This document shows positions 23,053 through 35,787 of a stretch of DNA of 64,000 bases, piece after piece. The position numbers and the translations under genes were made by a program. The stretch lies in NCBI RefSeq assembly GCF_021869535.1, contig NW_026262626.1, positions 9,920,001-9,984,000 of the forward strand, in the 5' to 3' direction. How positions within the stretch are numbered: the stretch's first letter is position 1; each line of letters starts with the position of its first letter. Below the pieces are notes generated by a model that ran no database searches, was not told the origin of the DNA, and was given only the letters and a program-made list of their open reading frames with translations. The DNA is from Mytilus californianus. Taxonomy: Eukaryota.

Positions 23053-26000
23053 CTAAATTGACAAATAAAAACAAAATGGTAAATGGATGCAAAAAAACAA
23101 AGTGCGTAACAAAATCTAAGTCACCATTATTACTCAAATTGTTTTTACCTGATTATATGTACAAAATAGTTGCGATTCCAATGACTCGGTGTTTAACATC
23201 TATTTGCAAATATTACATGCTCATCAGCACGATATACAACTGATATAATTATAGACCATTCTTTGTACTAAATCGACATGCTGAGCTGGATTTGTCCCCC
23301 AAATCGATTGATTGTATGATTGATTGGTTTCTAACGCCACTTTAAGCACGATTGGCTATTTCGTGGCGGTCCGTTTTTATTGGAAGAGGAAGCCGAAGTG
23401 TCCGAAGAGAACCACAGACCTTCGACATGAAAACTGGCAATCCTAGTCAATGTAGATTAGAGTCGAGCGCACCTTCCACGTGCGGTGTTCGAACTCACAA
23501 CCTCAGTGTTGACAGGCAAGTGATACAATAGTTAGACTACTTAGACCACGCGTCCACCGAGGCCCTTTCCCCTAAATCGAACACATTATTCTGACTCCAA
23601 ACAAAAACGGCATTTACTACTCCTAGACGGACGAGCTGCAAATACCATGATGAAAGTGATACTATTTTGGATGTTATGATTGGTTAAGACGCCATTCACG
23701 ACGTCGGAAGGTAAATTTCTCAATTTTGGCTACAATATAAGTCGAAATGGATAAAAAAAAAATATGTTCACGCTTCCATCCGTCTGTCAATAATTGATTA
23801 ACACTTGATTGGACCGTTAAGACATTTCTTTTTTATTTAACTGTTCGCTTAAAATTTAGAATTCAAAACCTTGTGGTAGGTTTGCATATGATAACGCACA
23901 ATACTGTGTTACAACTGCAACAACAACTTTTGTACGATGAATTATAGTTGCTTAAATCTACATCATTTGGACCCATGGATAGTCTCATTGGCAATTAGAC
24001 CACATTTCCTGATTTGATATAAAAAGGAATCATGTTGACAAGGTTTTAAATTATCTACCATATGGACATTTGGCCGGATAGCTGAAAAAAAATAGATAAA
24101 TTATTACTCCCCATTCGAAGAGAGAAAAATATGAGTTCTTCCAATTTGCATTGTTCACTTCTTACAGGGTTTTTACCCAAAATAAATCAACGGATGAGTC
24201 ATGTCAAACAGAAATTGTTTACTTTTCAAATACACATTGTTTTACCTTTGGTTTTCGGTAGCTTTTGGTCTACACTTCCTTTTACAATTTCTGTATCGAG
24301 CTTAATCGTAGAAAGCAAAGACCAAATACTTTGTTTTTGTTTATTTTGTCTTTACAAATTCTATGTTTAGTCTTTAGATTAGTGTTGAAATTATGTTTTT
24401 GATACCTTGAAAATCTGTCCTTGTGTTATTTTTTGTTCCACAAACATGAATCCTGGGTGAGCATCAATAGCTGCTTTCCATTCCTTTCCATGGTAACGAC
24501 AAGGATCAGTTCTATTTCTGTCAATTCTACTGAGAAGTTGATTGATCCAATCTACATTTCGGTCATTGAAATTCCACAGTAAAACTGAAATTGAATCATA
24601 ATAAATGATAAAAGTTTTCAATCGCGATTTTTTTTTAATTTGTTTTGCATTACATTTAATCAAATGTAGGTACTGAGGTAGAAATGTGAAGCTATAAACA
24701 TAAGGAGAAGTGTCGTTGTTACCAATCAGTCAACTATCCGCCTGAGACCAAATGGCATGGATTTTAGTAATTATAGGCCACCATACGGCCTTCAACTATG
24801 AGCAAACCATATCGTATAGTAATTTATAAAGGCCCGGTTCCGACATGAAACATGTGAAACAATTCATACAAAAAAACCAACAGCCTGATTTCAGTTTGTC
24901 AACATTATCGAGATGGTATTTAATTTATACACGACCTGAAACTGACGAAGATCTTCGTAGACTAAAAGATCTTCAGATTTTTCTTCTTAACACACTGGAT
25001 GTCAAACAATATATATATATTACAATATCAACGTAAATACGGATCCATAGGGGGTCACCTCTTGACGGCGTTAAACCAATCACAACGTCATAATTTACCC
25101 GCGGTGCGATAAGAGCTGATAGACAAAACACTTTCAGCCAATCAGAAGACGTGTAACAATTAGATTATTACGAGATATATTATATTTACAAATAATGTGT
25201 TGATAACGACCAACCGTACATTTGTCAGCAACTTGAAATATTATGTGATATTTTTATTTCCTCCTTCCGAAAAAATACCCCTTCCGCCTCCCCATTTAAG
25301 ATTTTTTTTTTATTAAAGAATGCATTCATGGCTTTAATAATCCACATTTAAAGAGGATACTACAAAAATTGAAGGCGCTAACACAAAGCAACAACATGCA
25401 AGAGATTACGCACGGAATAACGGACGGATCAAAACATTCCAACATCAGTTATTATAATATTTTGAACGACAACGCAGATAATCAAAGTACTGAAGTACTG
25501 AACATCGGATGACCGCAAGTTCTGGTGGATGGTCACAAGCACTTGTCTCAGAAAAAAATAACATCTCTATACCTGAAATTTAGGTGAAGGTACATAGATA
25601 TATTTTTTCTGAGACAAGTTCGTGTGTGAATGACGAATAAATGACAGGGAATTCAACCTCACCGTTATAACTATTATATTGTAGTGATATAATTATTTGT
25701 TATCAGTATACTCTGGTTTGTTGTTATATACTAGTATTATATTCATATTTGCATAGCAGTCATATATAATTTTCACCCATTTGTATATCATTCTTTTCTA
25801 CTATTCTAATGATAGTGCAGTGCAAGTGCATGTTGGACACTCTTCTGTAATAATTCGTTTTTCTAATAGATTTGAGTAGGCATTCATATTTTCCTGCGTT
25901 AGTTACAAAACGTTCTTGAGATATTCTTCCTCACAATCATCCGATGTAAAAATGAGACTGAAATTTCTGCTGGTGATGCCCGCTAAGAAAATTATAAAAT

Positions 26001-29000
26001 CATTCTTAAAAGTAGGTCTACATCATACACTTTTTAATCACGGAACGGTTGCCTTTTTATAACTGTTTTGCTTCGTCAAATCAAAACGACTGCTTTTCTA
26101 TCGTGTCTTACATGTCCGTTTCGAAGTACAAATGTTCTTAATTTTCCTATTAAAATCAAAATAAAAAATAATATTTGTTAATATCTTTACACCAAGCGTT
26201 ATCTAGATGTTTAATGTTGACTCATGTAATGCCTACCCATGTTAAAAATGAGCATAGAACATGACATGAACAAAATATTTCTTAAACAAAGTAAGATCAG
26301 ATGCGCCGACAAGAAAATTATCTATGACTTGAATGTATGAAACTCCTGTCCATGCTATTCTGAAGTATTATCGATTAGCAACTTACAAAGCTAGAAAATT
26401 GAGACGGTTAACGTCCAATGGCAAATATTTTGAACTAGACCGACACGCTGAGTCGAATTTTGAACAGGTTAGTGTACACGATAACAGTCCCCATGAAGAC
26501 ATGTCAACCTACTCTGACCCATAAACTGACTCGTAGTCGACAAGTTTCTGCTCTTACTCATAAATGCCGCTTGCAGGGCGCAGAAGCAGTAAACATCTTT
26601 TTTCAAGTATTTAGTTTGACACGGTAGGGGACCGAAACATTCGAACATCCGCACTCGTGGCGAGGCACTACCCCGACACAAACAGAACGGTAAAAAAAGT
26701 TATTAAAAACTGATAGTAATGGCAGATGGACTGTAGCGGACTTGAGGGATAAGGGCGCAGAACTTTGATGTACGACAGTGATTTATTCAGGAGAAGGCTT
26801 TTAATATGTATACAACAACTATCTTAGAAATACGGATTTTTTTTTTCTATATAAAGACACTCACGAAGTAAATTAATAGATATTTAATGAACTCTGGTTC
26901 TTAACAATAGAAAAACAAACAAACAAACAAACAAACAAACAAAACAAATAATCAAATAAATCTGCAAGGAGTAGCACATTTAAAACCACCTGGAAAAATC
27001 ATGATGCTTGTATTAAATGACTTCAATCAAATTCTGCAACTTATAATCAATTTAGAAGACCAGCATACTGATTAAATGTCTGCATTTGTATACCTCTCTT
27101 TTGTATAACTATGACAAGACCGATTAAGAGATTTTTAACATTATCAAATACAAGTCTAAAGGCTTTAACAGAATCATATGTATTTCACAGCTAGAAATTT
27201 CGTCTCACATATATACTTTTAATAACAAAGCAAATTTCCTAAACTAAATTCGTTGTTTCCCTATCCCATCCCCAAAGAGATCACTGAAGATATCAATGAC
27301 AAATTTATACCTAATAAAAATGAAAACAACACTTTATAAATTGCATGCGTCCGAAACGCTTTTCTGGAGTAACCTTCATCTGGAACGCTCAAAGCCGAAT
27401 ATTTCAAAGCCAAGGATACTGTCGATATTTTAAAATAGGCACGTTCTTTAAGTGGTAAACGGTTTTCGAACGATCTAAACGTTTGTATAACAGCGCCATG
27501 ACGTATCGGTTTTAGCCACTTATATGTCACACAATAACTTTTTGTGAATTTCAGGTAATAGTTTTACTCTAAACTCTGTTAAGGGATTCTAAGATCAGCG
27601 CCAACTGGTCATTAATGACATGTATAGTTATTTGACGTCTTTACTTCGTTGTTTGGCGTCGGAATGTTTCTTAATTTACTTAATATCATGAAATCCGAGA
27701 CACAAACAATTTTAGTATAGTTTGTCATTTTCCAAACTTTACATTCAGAATTTGTTAAAATCAAGTAGAGATACTCACAAATATGTTTTATATTGGTAGA
27801 ACCATCAAAATATGGCCGCAATATATTAGTCTTAATCCAGAACACTTTAGGAAACAAACGCTATTCAAACAAGAAGCAGAATCTTGACCATTAAAAAGAA
27901 AGGAAAATCATTCCAGCTCGTTTTTGATTAAAAAAAATGGCAAAATTTATAGGATATTGGATCAATCAGAATGTCAGATATCAAAATTCTGCAGAAAACT
28001 TTCAATTGCCTCGAATTGAAAGGAGTAGGTCCAGTAAGACCCCTTTTTGGCCCCAAAATATAGCAGTTTTACAAAATTGTTAAAATGTAAACTTTTAGCT
28101 ATTTATTGGAAAGAAGAATACTTCTGTTACATAAATATGGGCTGTTTTTGACAATACAATGCACATGTATCGGGTACTAGCATCATTAAGTCATGCTAAA
28201 TTACTGAAATCTTCACAATTTTAGCATTTGAGTTAATTTTTAGACGGTTTTCGTCTTAAATGGAAGTGGCCGCATTCGTGTTCATTCTTAATATTTAAAT
28301 GTAAGTTTTATTTGATGATAATACATATCATATATAAAGGTCGAGGATGAACACGAATGCGGCCACTTTCATTTTTGACAAAAACCATCTGAAAAGTGAC
28401 ATATTATGGCATAATTGATAGATTTTTAATATTTAAGCCTGAATTTGAGCGTCTTTAGTGACTAAATCGGCCCAAATCCTTCAGATAAACTAATTGAATC
28501 TACTAAAGTAGACACTTGAGTGTTTAAAAAGTGTCCAAAATATTTCATCAGATGAACCTGAAATTTGAGGCCAAAATCGGCCCTTACCGGACCTACTCCT
28601 TTAACTAAAATGTAAATGGAACAAGTAATTTGGAAAGTCTTTACGAGAGAGTCTGGATGGGGTTTACGTAATAGAGAATAATGGGCAAAAATTGCAGAAT
28701 AAATGGCTAAAAAAAAAGAAAAGAGGATAAAAGGAAAAAAAATAAAGAATAGAGAACAACGGGTTGCTGAAATATAAAGAGTAGAGAATAATGGCCAAAA
28801 TAAATAAAGAATAGCAAAAAAATGGTCTAAACAATTAAAAAATAAAGAAAAGGAGGACCCACCATCCAGACCCTCGTACGAATTATACATACCAACATTT
28901 CCATTTTCAGCAAGAACACGATGCATTTCATCCAAGGATGCCTTTGTTGAAAACCAGTGGAAAGACTGTGCAGCAACAATACACTATATATATATAAAGA

Positions 29001-32000
29001 ATTATAGATGGAACAATCATTATAGCACATTCAAACTGTTATTGTAAACATCGTCTTTATTTCATCAGTAGGCTGTGAGCAAGATATATTTCGCATAATA
29101 TGTTATACAATAAATCTTCATCCAAAGCGCCAGAGGAAACGGTTGTAAATTCAAACACGTAATGATTATTTTAGTTTCAACTAAATGGAGAGAGAGAAAA
29201 ATCATTTATATATTAACAGTAGATTTTTTATTCATGTATACAAATTGCTAAAAATATTGAACAATAAATTATTATCCATACAACTGAAATTGGGTAAATA
29301 TTTTACGAGCTATTTGTATCTCCTTTGAAAACGACATTTTCATAGGCCAATTTCACCTTTATTCATTTGTATATGACGTGTTATAATTGATTTCACGTGG
29401 AATGATACTGCTTTTATTCCACTAGACATTTTTTGCCGAGATTTTGTATTTCAAGTTTTACTTCCAGATTCAAAATGTGAATAACATACACTATCTTGTT
29501 TTGACTCGAAAATCTGTAAATATAAGAATTGAATGGTGTTTGTGGATATTTATATGGGGGTGGAGTGCAGTTGCATGAAGGTCTCGTCGAGTCAGTTATT
29601 TAAAAATGACTAGTATGTAGATTACATTGAAACAATATAGAGAAGAAATGAAACCATCGAATGATTTCGAATAAAAGTATGTCAGCTTTTTCGAATGATC
29701 AAATTATCTAGATACTATCCAGTGTAAAAAAGGGAAAAGAGATTGTTTTTGAAATTGAAGGGCACAAAATAACAAATAAAGTGAATAAAAACACCAAAAA
29801 TGCTACCACAGTTATAACGAGCACCACATAGGATTTCACAATTAATAAAAGTAAACTATGTATTCCGTTCATTGTTGTAGTATACAACAGGACGGTTGTT
29901 TTATCGATCTTTGAATTGTTTCACATTTTATCATACTGTTCCGTTTGTTTTATCTTTGAATTGTTTCACATTTTATCATACTGGTCCGTTTGTTTTATCG
30001 TTGAATTGTTTCACATTTTGTCATACTGGGCCGTTTGTTTTATCGTTGAATTGTTTCACATTTTGTCATACTGGGCCGTTTGTTTTATTGTTGAATTGTT
30101 TCACATTTTGTCATACTGGGCCGGTTGTTTTATTTTTGAATTGTTTTACATTTTGTCATACTGGGCCGTTTGTTTTATCGTTGAATTGTTTCACATTTTG
30201 TCATACTGGGCCGTTTATTTTATCGTTGAATTGTTTCACATTTTGTCATACTGGGCCGTTTATTTTATCGTTGAATTGTTTCACATTTTGTCATACTGGG
30301 CCGTTTTCTTTAGCTTTCATTACGGTATGCTGATTGATGAAGACCGTACGTCAACCAGTTGCATTTATTATTTGCATCTTTGTCCTTTGGTCTATGAAAG
30401 TTGTCTCGTTGGCAATCATACAACACCTCCTCATTTTTTTTATACCACCGAAATTGTACCAATGCGTCTGTGACGAGAATTCTAATACGTAGAATACCTT
30501 TATGGATTCATCATTTACAGGCAGGTTCTCTGTTGCACACTGCTTTGTCTCTACTACAGGACAATTCTTCTTTAAAATTTTGAGAAAATCTGACATTGGC
30601 TCTGTCGCAATGTAGGAAACTTTCTAAAACAAATCATATAGTTTATTGCACTTTAATTCAAAGGGTTGGGTTTATTAAAAATAGGAAGAAACAAAGTGAT
30701 CAGTCAAAAACTATAATCAAATGAAAATGCACAACCAGGAAGCCTAAAAATTCAAACTCAGAAACAGTGGTTACGTCGTCTTTCATTCGCTACGTTGACC
30801 TATAAAGTTAAGGAAAGCAATGCCACCGCTGTTTCGGAGTTTTCTAAAAATTGAGCAATTCTAATCCCAACAAAACGGGGTGTGAATCGGATTTTTAAAA
30901 AATACAGTAAACAACTGCTTTTATATCTTAAAATATCATAAATGTATTGCATAAAAATAATTTATAGTAACTATATTGACTTAATAATCAAATGAAGTAA
31001 ACTATATTTAAATTTGTTCAAGGTCATTATTGGCCTTAACGTTAAGTCACAATAACGAGAAACAACCTAGTATAAAACGGTCTTATAATTTGTTGCCTTC
31101 AACAGCCGACACATTAGCATGATTTTTGTCAAATATCGATCTCATCGTGATATAAAGTCTTTTCTATCTACGTATCTGTCAGCACTCTTATTTGAATACC
31201 GCGACTATGCGATCGCAACTGATACGTAGATATAAAAGCATACACACTGCGCAATATCTAGATGAAAAGTGAAACTTTCCAATAAAGATTTTCCATAAAA
31301 CATATACAAATTATAGGATAACTTCCAACAAACATTCTTAATTGTGCAGAGCTGCATAACATGTTTTACAAAAGTTCTATTCTTAAATAGGGGTGCTCAT
31401 TCTTCAAATCCAGCTTTTTTGTAATTATTTTTTTCCCACTTTCCACTTTTTTCCCGGCTTTTTCCAAATTTCCATACTTTTACCCCCTATTTCCAACATT
31501 CACACTTTAGTACACCCTGTATCAAACATTCGCAGTTTTTAACCTATATCCCACATCCCAAAACCGTATAATCCCTCTCTTATATCTTTAATGATTTCAT
31601 GGATCGCACATCGTTCAACTTTGCGGTTATTTTCTGTGTAAATTTTCCGGTTCCAGCACCAAGCTCTAAGACTGTCATTCTTGAATCTGTAAAATATGTA
31701 AAGGTAGTTATCTGCCAAGTCACAGACAACCAAAAAAAAAGTTAATTATCAATACAGCTTTGACATCATGAGTACTGCGGTGTGGGTTTCGCTCATTGCT
31801 GAAGGTTTATGAATCTCTATAGTTGATAACTTCTACGTCATTTGGTCTCTTGTGGAGAGTTGTCTCATTCTCATTTGCAATCATACCACATCTTCTTATT
31901 CTTATATTTAAGACAGTCTGAGATAAGAAAACACCAGCTTAGATATGTTTTGTGCGATTTGGTCACTGACTGGCTTATCAAAAGTACCAAGGCCGTAACT

Positions 32001-35000
32001 AAAAACCAAAGAAAAGGAAATGCATGTTAAAATTTCAAATTAAATAAAAAATTGACCTAAATTCACCAAGAAACTTGTGGATTCGGGTGTCTCGGAGAGA
32101 AAATCATATATATATATATATATATATATGTTACAGTGAATTTGTATAATCAGGGATTATGTAGAATCCCTGATTTTTCAGGCATTTTGTAGAATCACTA
32201 AAATTATTAGTGATTATATATAATCCCTGAAAATGACCAGTGATTTTACATAATCACTGAACATTCTATTAATTATTCTACAAATTCCCTGAAATGATTT
32301 TAGGGATTATCAATAATTCAAAGATCCTTTGTTTGATAAAAATTAAATATAGACAAATTATCATTTGCTTTTTTCTTATTCCTTGAAAGTTTAAGTGAAT
32401 AAAAAGTCCGGATTTAAATTGTTTAAAGGCTCCTAACATCTCTTATATTTCATACATATTACACTCTGTACATCGTTAAACATTAACATAGGATGGGGGC
32501 TGTTGGGCATGGATCTAGAAAATAATAAATTTAAAATATCTGACGAAAAAATGAATTTTGTAAATTGCAAAAGCAATAAAAAACTAGATATACAGAAATA
32601 AAAGTACTAGTTATCATATACATATTTCCACAAATGGCATCACATTAGTGATCATATTTGGGACTTGTTGTTGTTAAACCTATTGTACGTTAGCCATGGC
32701 GTTGTCATCTTATTTTCAATTTTCGAGTTTGAATGTCCCTCTTTAAGCAAAGAATTAAATTCACGTAGACAAATTTTATACGACCGCAAAATTTTTGCGG
32801 TCGTATATTGGTATCACATCGCCGTCGTCGTTGTCGTCGTCAGTGTCGTCTGAAGACATATGGTTTCCGGGCAATAACTTTAGTATAAGTTAATAGAAAT
32901 CTATGAAATTTAAACACAAGGTATATAACCACAAAAGAAAAGTTGGGATTGATTTTGGATGTTATGGTCCCAACAGTTTGAGAATTAGGGGCAAAAAAGA
33001 GGCCCAAATAAGCATTTTTCTAGTTTCCAGACAATCACTTGTGAAATGGATCTCTCTAAAATTGTACTACAAGGTTCCATACTACAAAGGAAAGACTGGG
33101 ATTGAGTTTGATGGTTAATGCTCCAAATGGGGATAAAAAAGTTTGAAAGGGGGGTCCAATTTTTTTTTAAGGGGTTCATATTTTTTTTTTTAATTTTTCA
33201 AATTTCAAATTTTTTAAAAGTTTCAAGAAGAAATCATCAATTGCACAGTATTGCGCATTAGATTTGTAAAATCTTTGACCACATTTATTTTGTGTCATAA
33301 ACCTATATTATGTCAAAAATTTGATTACAATCCAAATTCAGATAGTATCAAGCTTGAATATTGTGTCCAAATTTGCCCCAACTGTTCAGGGTTCCACCAC
33401 TGCGGTCGTATCAGGCTGGGCTCAGCGAAGCATTTCATTTTTAGTTGATATGCAATCTTCTTAATTTTAAGTCCATCATGGTTTACCAAGATCATAATTA
33501 TGACAAAAATGTTCTAAGTGTAAATCCACAGTGTATGTTATTTGTGGTAAAACAAATGGTGTAGAAGGTTATGGAACATCTGTTTTGTGTATTTTGTGTT
33601 CCAATGAACACGAAATTCTAAATGAGAGAACTGGCTCAACTAAGACATAGAAAACATACAGAACGAAAGATTTGTTATGATTTTAATCTATTTTTACATG
33701 ATTTCCAAAACCAAAGTAGAATAAAGTGAGCGACACTGGCTTTTGGGGGCCTCTAGTTTTGGTATCTTAGATGTTTGTACGTAGTTTTTATTTCTCTTAG
33801 ACGTGTAGTAAAATCTAAATCAATATATGAAGGACAAGGTTTTTCAAAATGTGGATGTTGTGGTTAAATCAGATGTGCCAGGATCAAATAGATGTGCTTG
33901 CAAAAAAGCAGGGCAAACGTGCAATAGTCGATGTCACCCAAATTTAGTTTGTACAAATAGATGATTGTTTTTGAAATATTGTTATTAACATTTTAATATA
34001 ATTTGTGCTTAATATTTAAGTTTATTGTTCCTTACTTTTTAATATGTTGTGCCTAAAATTTCAATGTATTGAGGTTATCATTTTAATATATTGTGCTTAA
34101 CATTTTACAATTTATGTTTATAATGATGTTATAATATGATTATTTACGAATTAATGATTTAACTTTTATTCATTTTCTATAAAATAAAACTTATTTATCA
34201 TTCCAGTTATTATGTATAATCCCTGACATTTTTTCTAGTGATTATACATAATCCCTGAAAATTTTAGTGATTATATATAATCCCTAAACTAACCAGTGAT
34301 TCTACATAATCCCTGAAAATTTTAGGGATTCTACATAATCACAGATTATACAAATTCCCTGTAACATATATACTGTCTGTTGTTTGTCTTTTCGTCGTTT
34401 GTCTTTTTTTTCATAGTATTGTCAGTTTGTTTTTGACTGATGAGTTTGAATGTCATCACGGTATCATTCGCCTATCTTTAACAAACAGTATATCATACCA
34501 TATTGAGAATCAAAATACAGCATCCGTTTAACTTCATTTGTCGCTTCGTCTGTATAATTTGGTCTGTAGGCATCGTAATTCGAACCCTGGAATATGACAA
34601 AAATAGCACTTCAGAGAGAAAGACAAAATGAAATATAATTGACCCGCCTATATTACTTGTCGGGGATGGGCCTCTGTACCTCATTTATGTTTAACTTACA
34701 TTTAATTGTATTTTCCCGCATTTCGTTTACGTAAAGCTGCGAAATATTGTATTGACGGGTACGGGTCGTATGAATATATAATAGGGTCACTTATAGTAGT
34801 GACCAATGGGTGTACTTTCTGGTAATAAAGCAAACGGTCACTTTCTAGCTGTCGTGCAACTAGTGAACACTCAACTTACATTTTGGATGTATATACAATG
34901 ATATTTTTTATGATTATATTTGATTTGCTAATACACACATTTTTAATTTGCAGGTCCGAGCACCTGACCCTGGAGGCACTTGGCATCGATTGACCCAGGT

Positions 35001-35377
35001 TTCTAGAGCTTTTTGATAGAGTATGTATATCATTTTTATCTCTAGTTGTTCCTGACCGGCCCTGACCGTCTATGAAGGTCAATGAAGGGGTATATTTAGT
35101 CAAAGTTGGTTCTGTTTGGTTGTATTTAGGACAATATACACATAGGAATTGTATTATTTTGAATTATGTATGCATTGATTTTATTAATACAATTGGCGAC
35201 TATCGAGCATGATGGGCTGTCGGCAAACTTAGATAATGTTTGTGTTGTTTATATTTCGGCACGGGTATGTAGTTTTTATTAAAATAAACGAATAAAGGTT
35301 GTGATACTCACGTCAGTAAAACCTTTCTGGACGCTGTCAGCCAAAGAACTGGAAAATTTGTTGGGAGAAGTAGACAT
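22858..35377 (-). CDS. Class I SAM-dependent methyltransferase (Methyltransf_11-like), 273 aa; complement join(35312..35377,34499..34586,31610..31686,30498..30623,28893..28983,24406..24584,22858..23052)
   Basis: Seven GT/AG exons in compatible phases, 822 nt. Motifs KGFTD-GSNYDAYRPNY, VLELGAGTGKFT (motif I), YIATEP, AAQSFHWF, EMHRVL..NG, LLWN..D...DW, FPFFTDIY. Confidence 0.92.
23308..23565 (-). mobile_element. Full-length tRNA-derived SINE (V/Meta-domain-like) with 13-bp TSD
   Basis: Minus strand: gggcctcggtggacgcgtgg (A box), gagttcgaacacc (B box), (caat)n tail; TSDs tcccccaaatcga at 23295-23307 and tcccctaaatcga at 23568-23580. Confidence 0.88.
24406..24584 (-). CDS. Methyltransferase exon 6
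   Basis: LLWNFNDRNVDWINQLL...; lies within ORF 24391..24663. Confidence 0.9.
25541..25619. repeat. Short inverted repeat (hairpin)
   Basis: acttgtctcagaaaaaaata ... tattttttctgagacaagt. Confidence 0.7.
27347..27388 (-). ncRNA. Hammerhead-like motif with mutated core (CAGAUGA)
   Basis: GCGTTC-CAGATGA-AGGTTACTCCA-GAA-AAGCGTTT-C-GGACGC; same family as 47848-47889. Confidence 0.6.
28021..28600. mobile_element. MITE, 580 bp, AG..CT termini, TTAA-type target (Kolobok-like)
   Basis: aggagtaggtccagtaag / cttaccggacctactcct TIRs; right flank TTAA, left flank TGAA; internal inverted pair gtggccgcattcgtgttcat / atgaacacgaatgcggccac. Confidence 0.8.
28641..28878. mobile_element. Foldback MITE with taaagaatagagaa minisatellite
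   Basis: tacgagagagtctggatgg / ccatccagaccctcgta ends; related copy at about 58825-59032. Confidence 0.65.
28893..28983 (-). CDS. Methyltransferase exon 5
   Basis: CIVAAQSFHWF...EMHRVLAENGNV; GTATGT donor. Confidence 0.9.
29895..30305. repeat. 45-bp tandem array (about 9 copies) inside an interspersed repeat
   Basis: Unit ttgttttatcgttgaattgtttcacattttgtcatactgggccgt, followed by the family end (gtctcgttggcaatcatacaacacctc) at about 30400-30430. Confidence 0.92.
30498..30623 (-). CDS. Methyltransferase exon 4
   Basis: 126 nt, phase 0-0, KVSYIATEP...ENLPVNDESIK. Confidence 0.88.
31610..31686 (-). CDS. Methyltransferase exon 3 (VLELGAGTGKFT)
   Basis: SAM-binding motif I; ttttacAG acceptor, GTGCGA donor. 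Confidence 0.9.
32129..34366. mobile_element. 2.2-kb non-autonomous TIR element (TGTTACAG...CTGTAACA) in a (TA)n site
   Basis: Long TIRs with subterminal gattatgtagaatccctga-type repeats at 32130-32310 and 34205-34365; TATA on both sides. Confidence 0.8.
32774..33440 (+). mobile_element. Helentron-associated (HINE/DINE-1-like) element nested in the TIR element
   Basis: 5' hairpin ATACGACCGCAAAATTTTTGCGGTCGTAT, (GTC)n microsatellite, 3' TGCGGTCGTAT plus gctgggctcagc hairpin, T-rich flanks. Confidence 0.75.
34499..34586 (-). CDS. Methyltransferase exon 2 (GSNYDAYRPNY...)
   Basis: ttccAG acceptor, GTATGA donor. Confidence 0.9.
35312..35377 (-). CDS. Methyltransferase exon 1 (MSTSPNKFSSSLADSVQKGFTD)
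   Basis: ATG at 35377, GTGAGT donor, phase 0. Confidence 0.85.
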
Positions 35378-35418
35378 TAGGATCTTGACAGCACCAAACC
35401 ACGAGCTATTATATATAG

Positions 35419-35425
35419 TTTTATA
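35419..35425 (-). promoter_or_regulatory. Candidate TATA box of the methyltransferase gene
   Basis: TATAAAA on the minus strand, 42-48 bp upstream of the ATG. Confidence 0.35.
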
Positions 35426-35787
35426 CATGTAAACCTGGCTAACATACAGCTGAAGTGTTCCACACAGATGTTTGAATGTGTATAATACACATAGATAACA
35501 AGTAGATGTTTTATCGGTATTAACGTTCCGCTTTACCTGTTTATTTGTACCTGGCAGTTAAAATATACCACTGTACCTAGTAATGACCAATCCCTTTCTT
35601 ACAAATTTGGAATATTGTAAAGTGCTCAAGGCTCAAATAATCTCTTGTTTGGTTTTATTCAAGAATTCGTTTCATTGTCAGTGAATGGAAACTGGGATCC
35701 AGTAATCTGATATTCTGTAATTTGTATTACTAAGCGTATCAGCTTTAAGATTTAAATTTTCGGCAATCAGATATAAAAAAATACGTG

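Noticed and set aside
26333-26700. GC-richer stretch with short ORFs in methyltransferase intron 5
   Set aside because: No recognisable motif in any frame and no phase-compatible splice sites
27770-27860. Exon-like segment on the minus strand with a GTGAGT donor (FWIKTNILRPYF); YIGRT on the plus strand
   Set aside because: No phase-compatible acceptor, not needed for the methyltransferase, and too short to call GIY-YIG
28462-28935. 157-aa minus-strand ORF
   Set aside because: Only its first residues are real (methyltransferase exon 5); the rest reads through the donor into MITE sequence
29896-30473. 145-aa and 185-aa repetitive ORFs; superficially CRISPR-like array
   Set aside because: Translations of a 45-bp head-to-tail tandem repeat with no unique spacers, inside a eukaryotic intron
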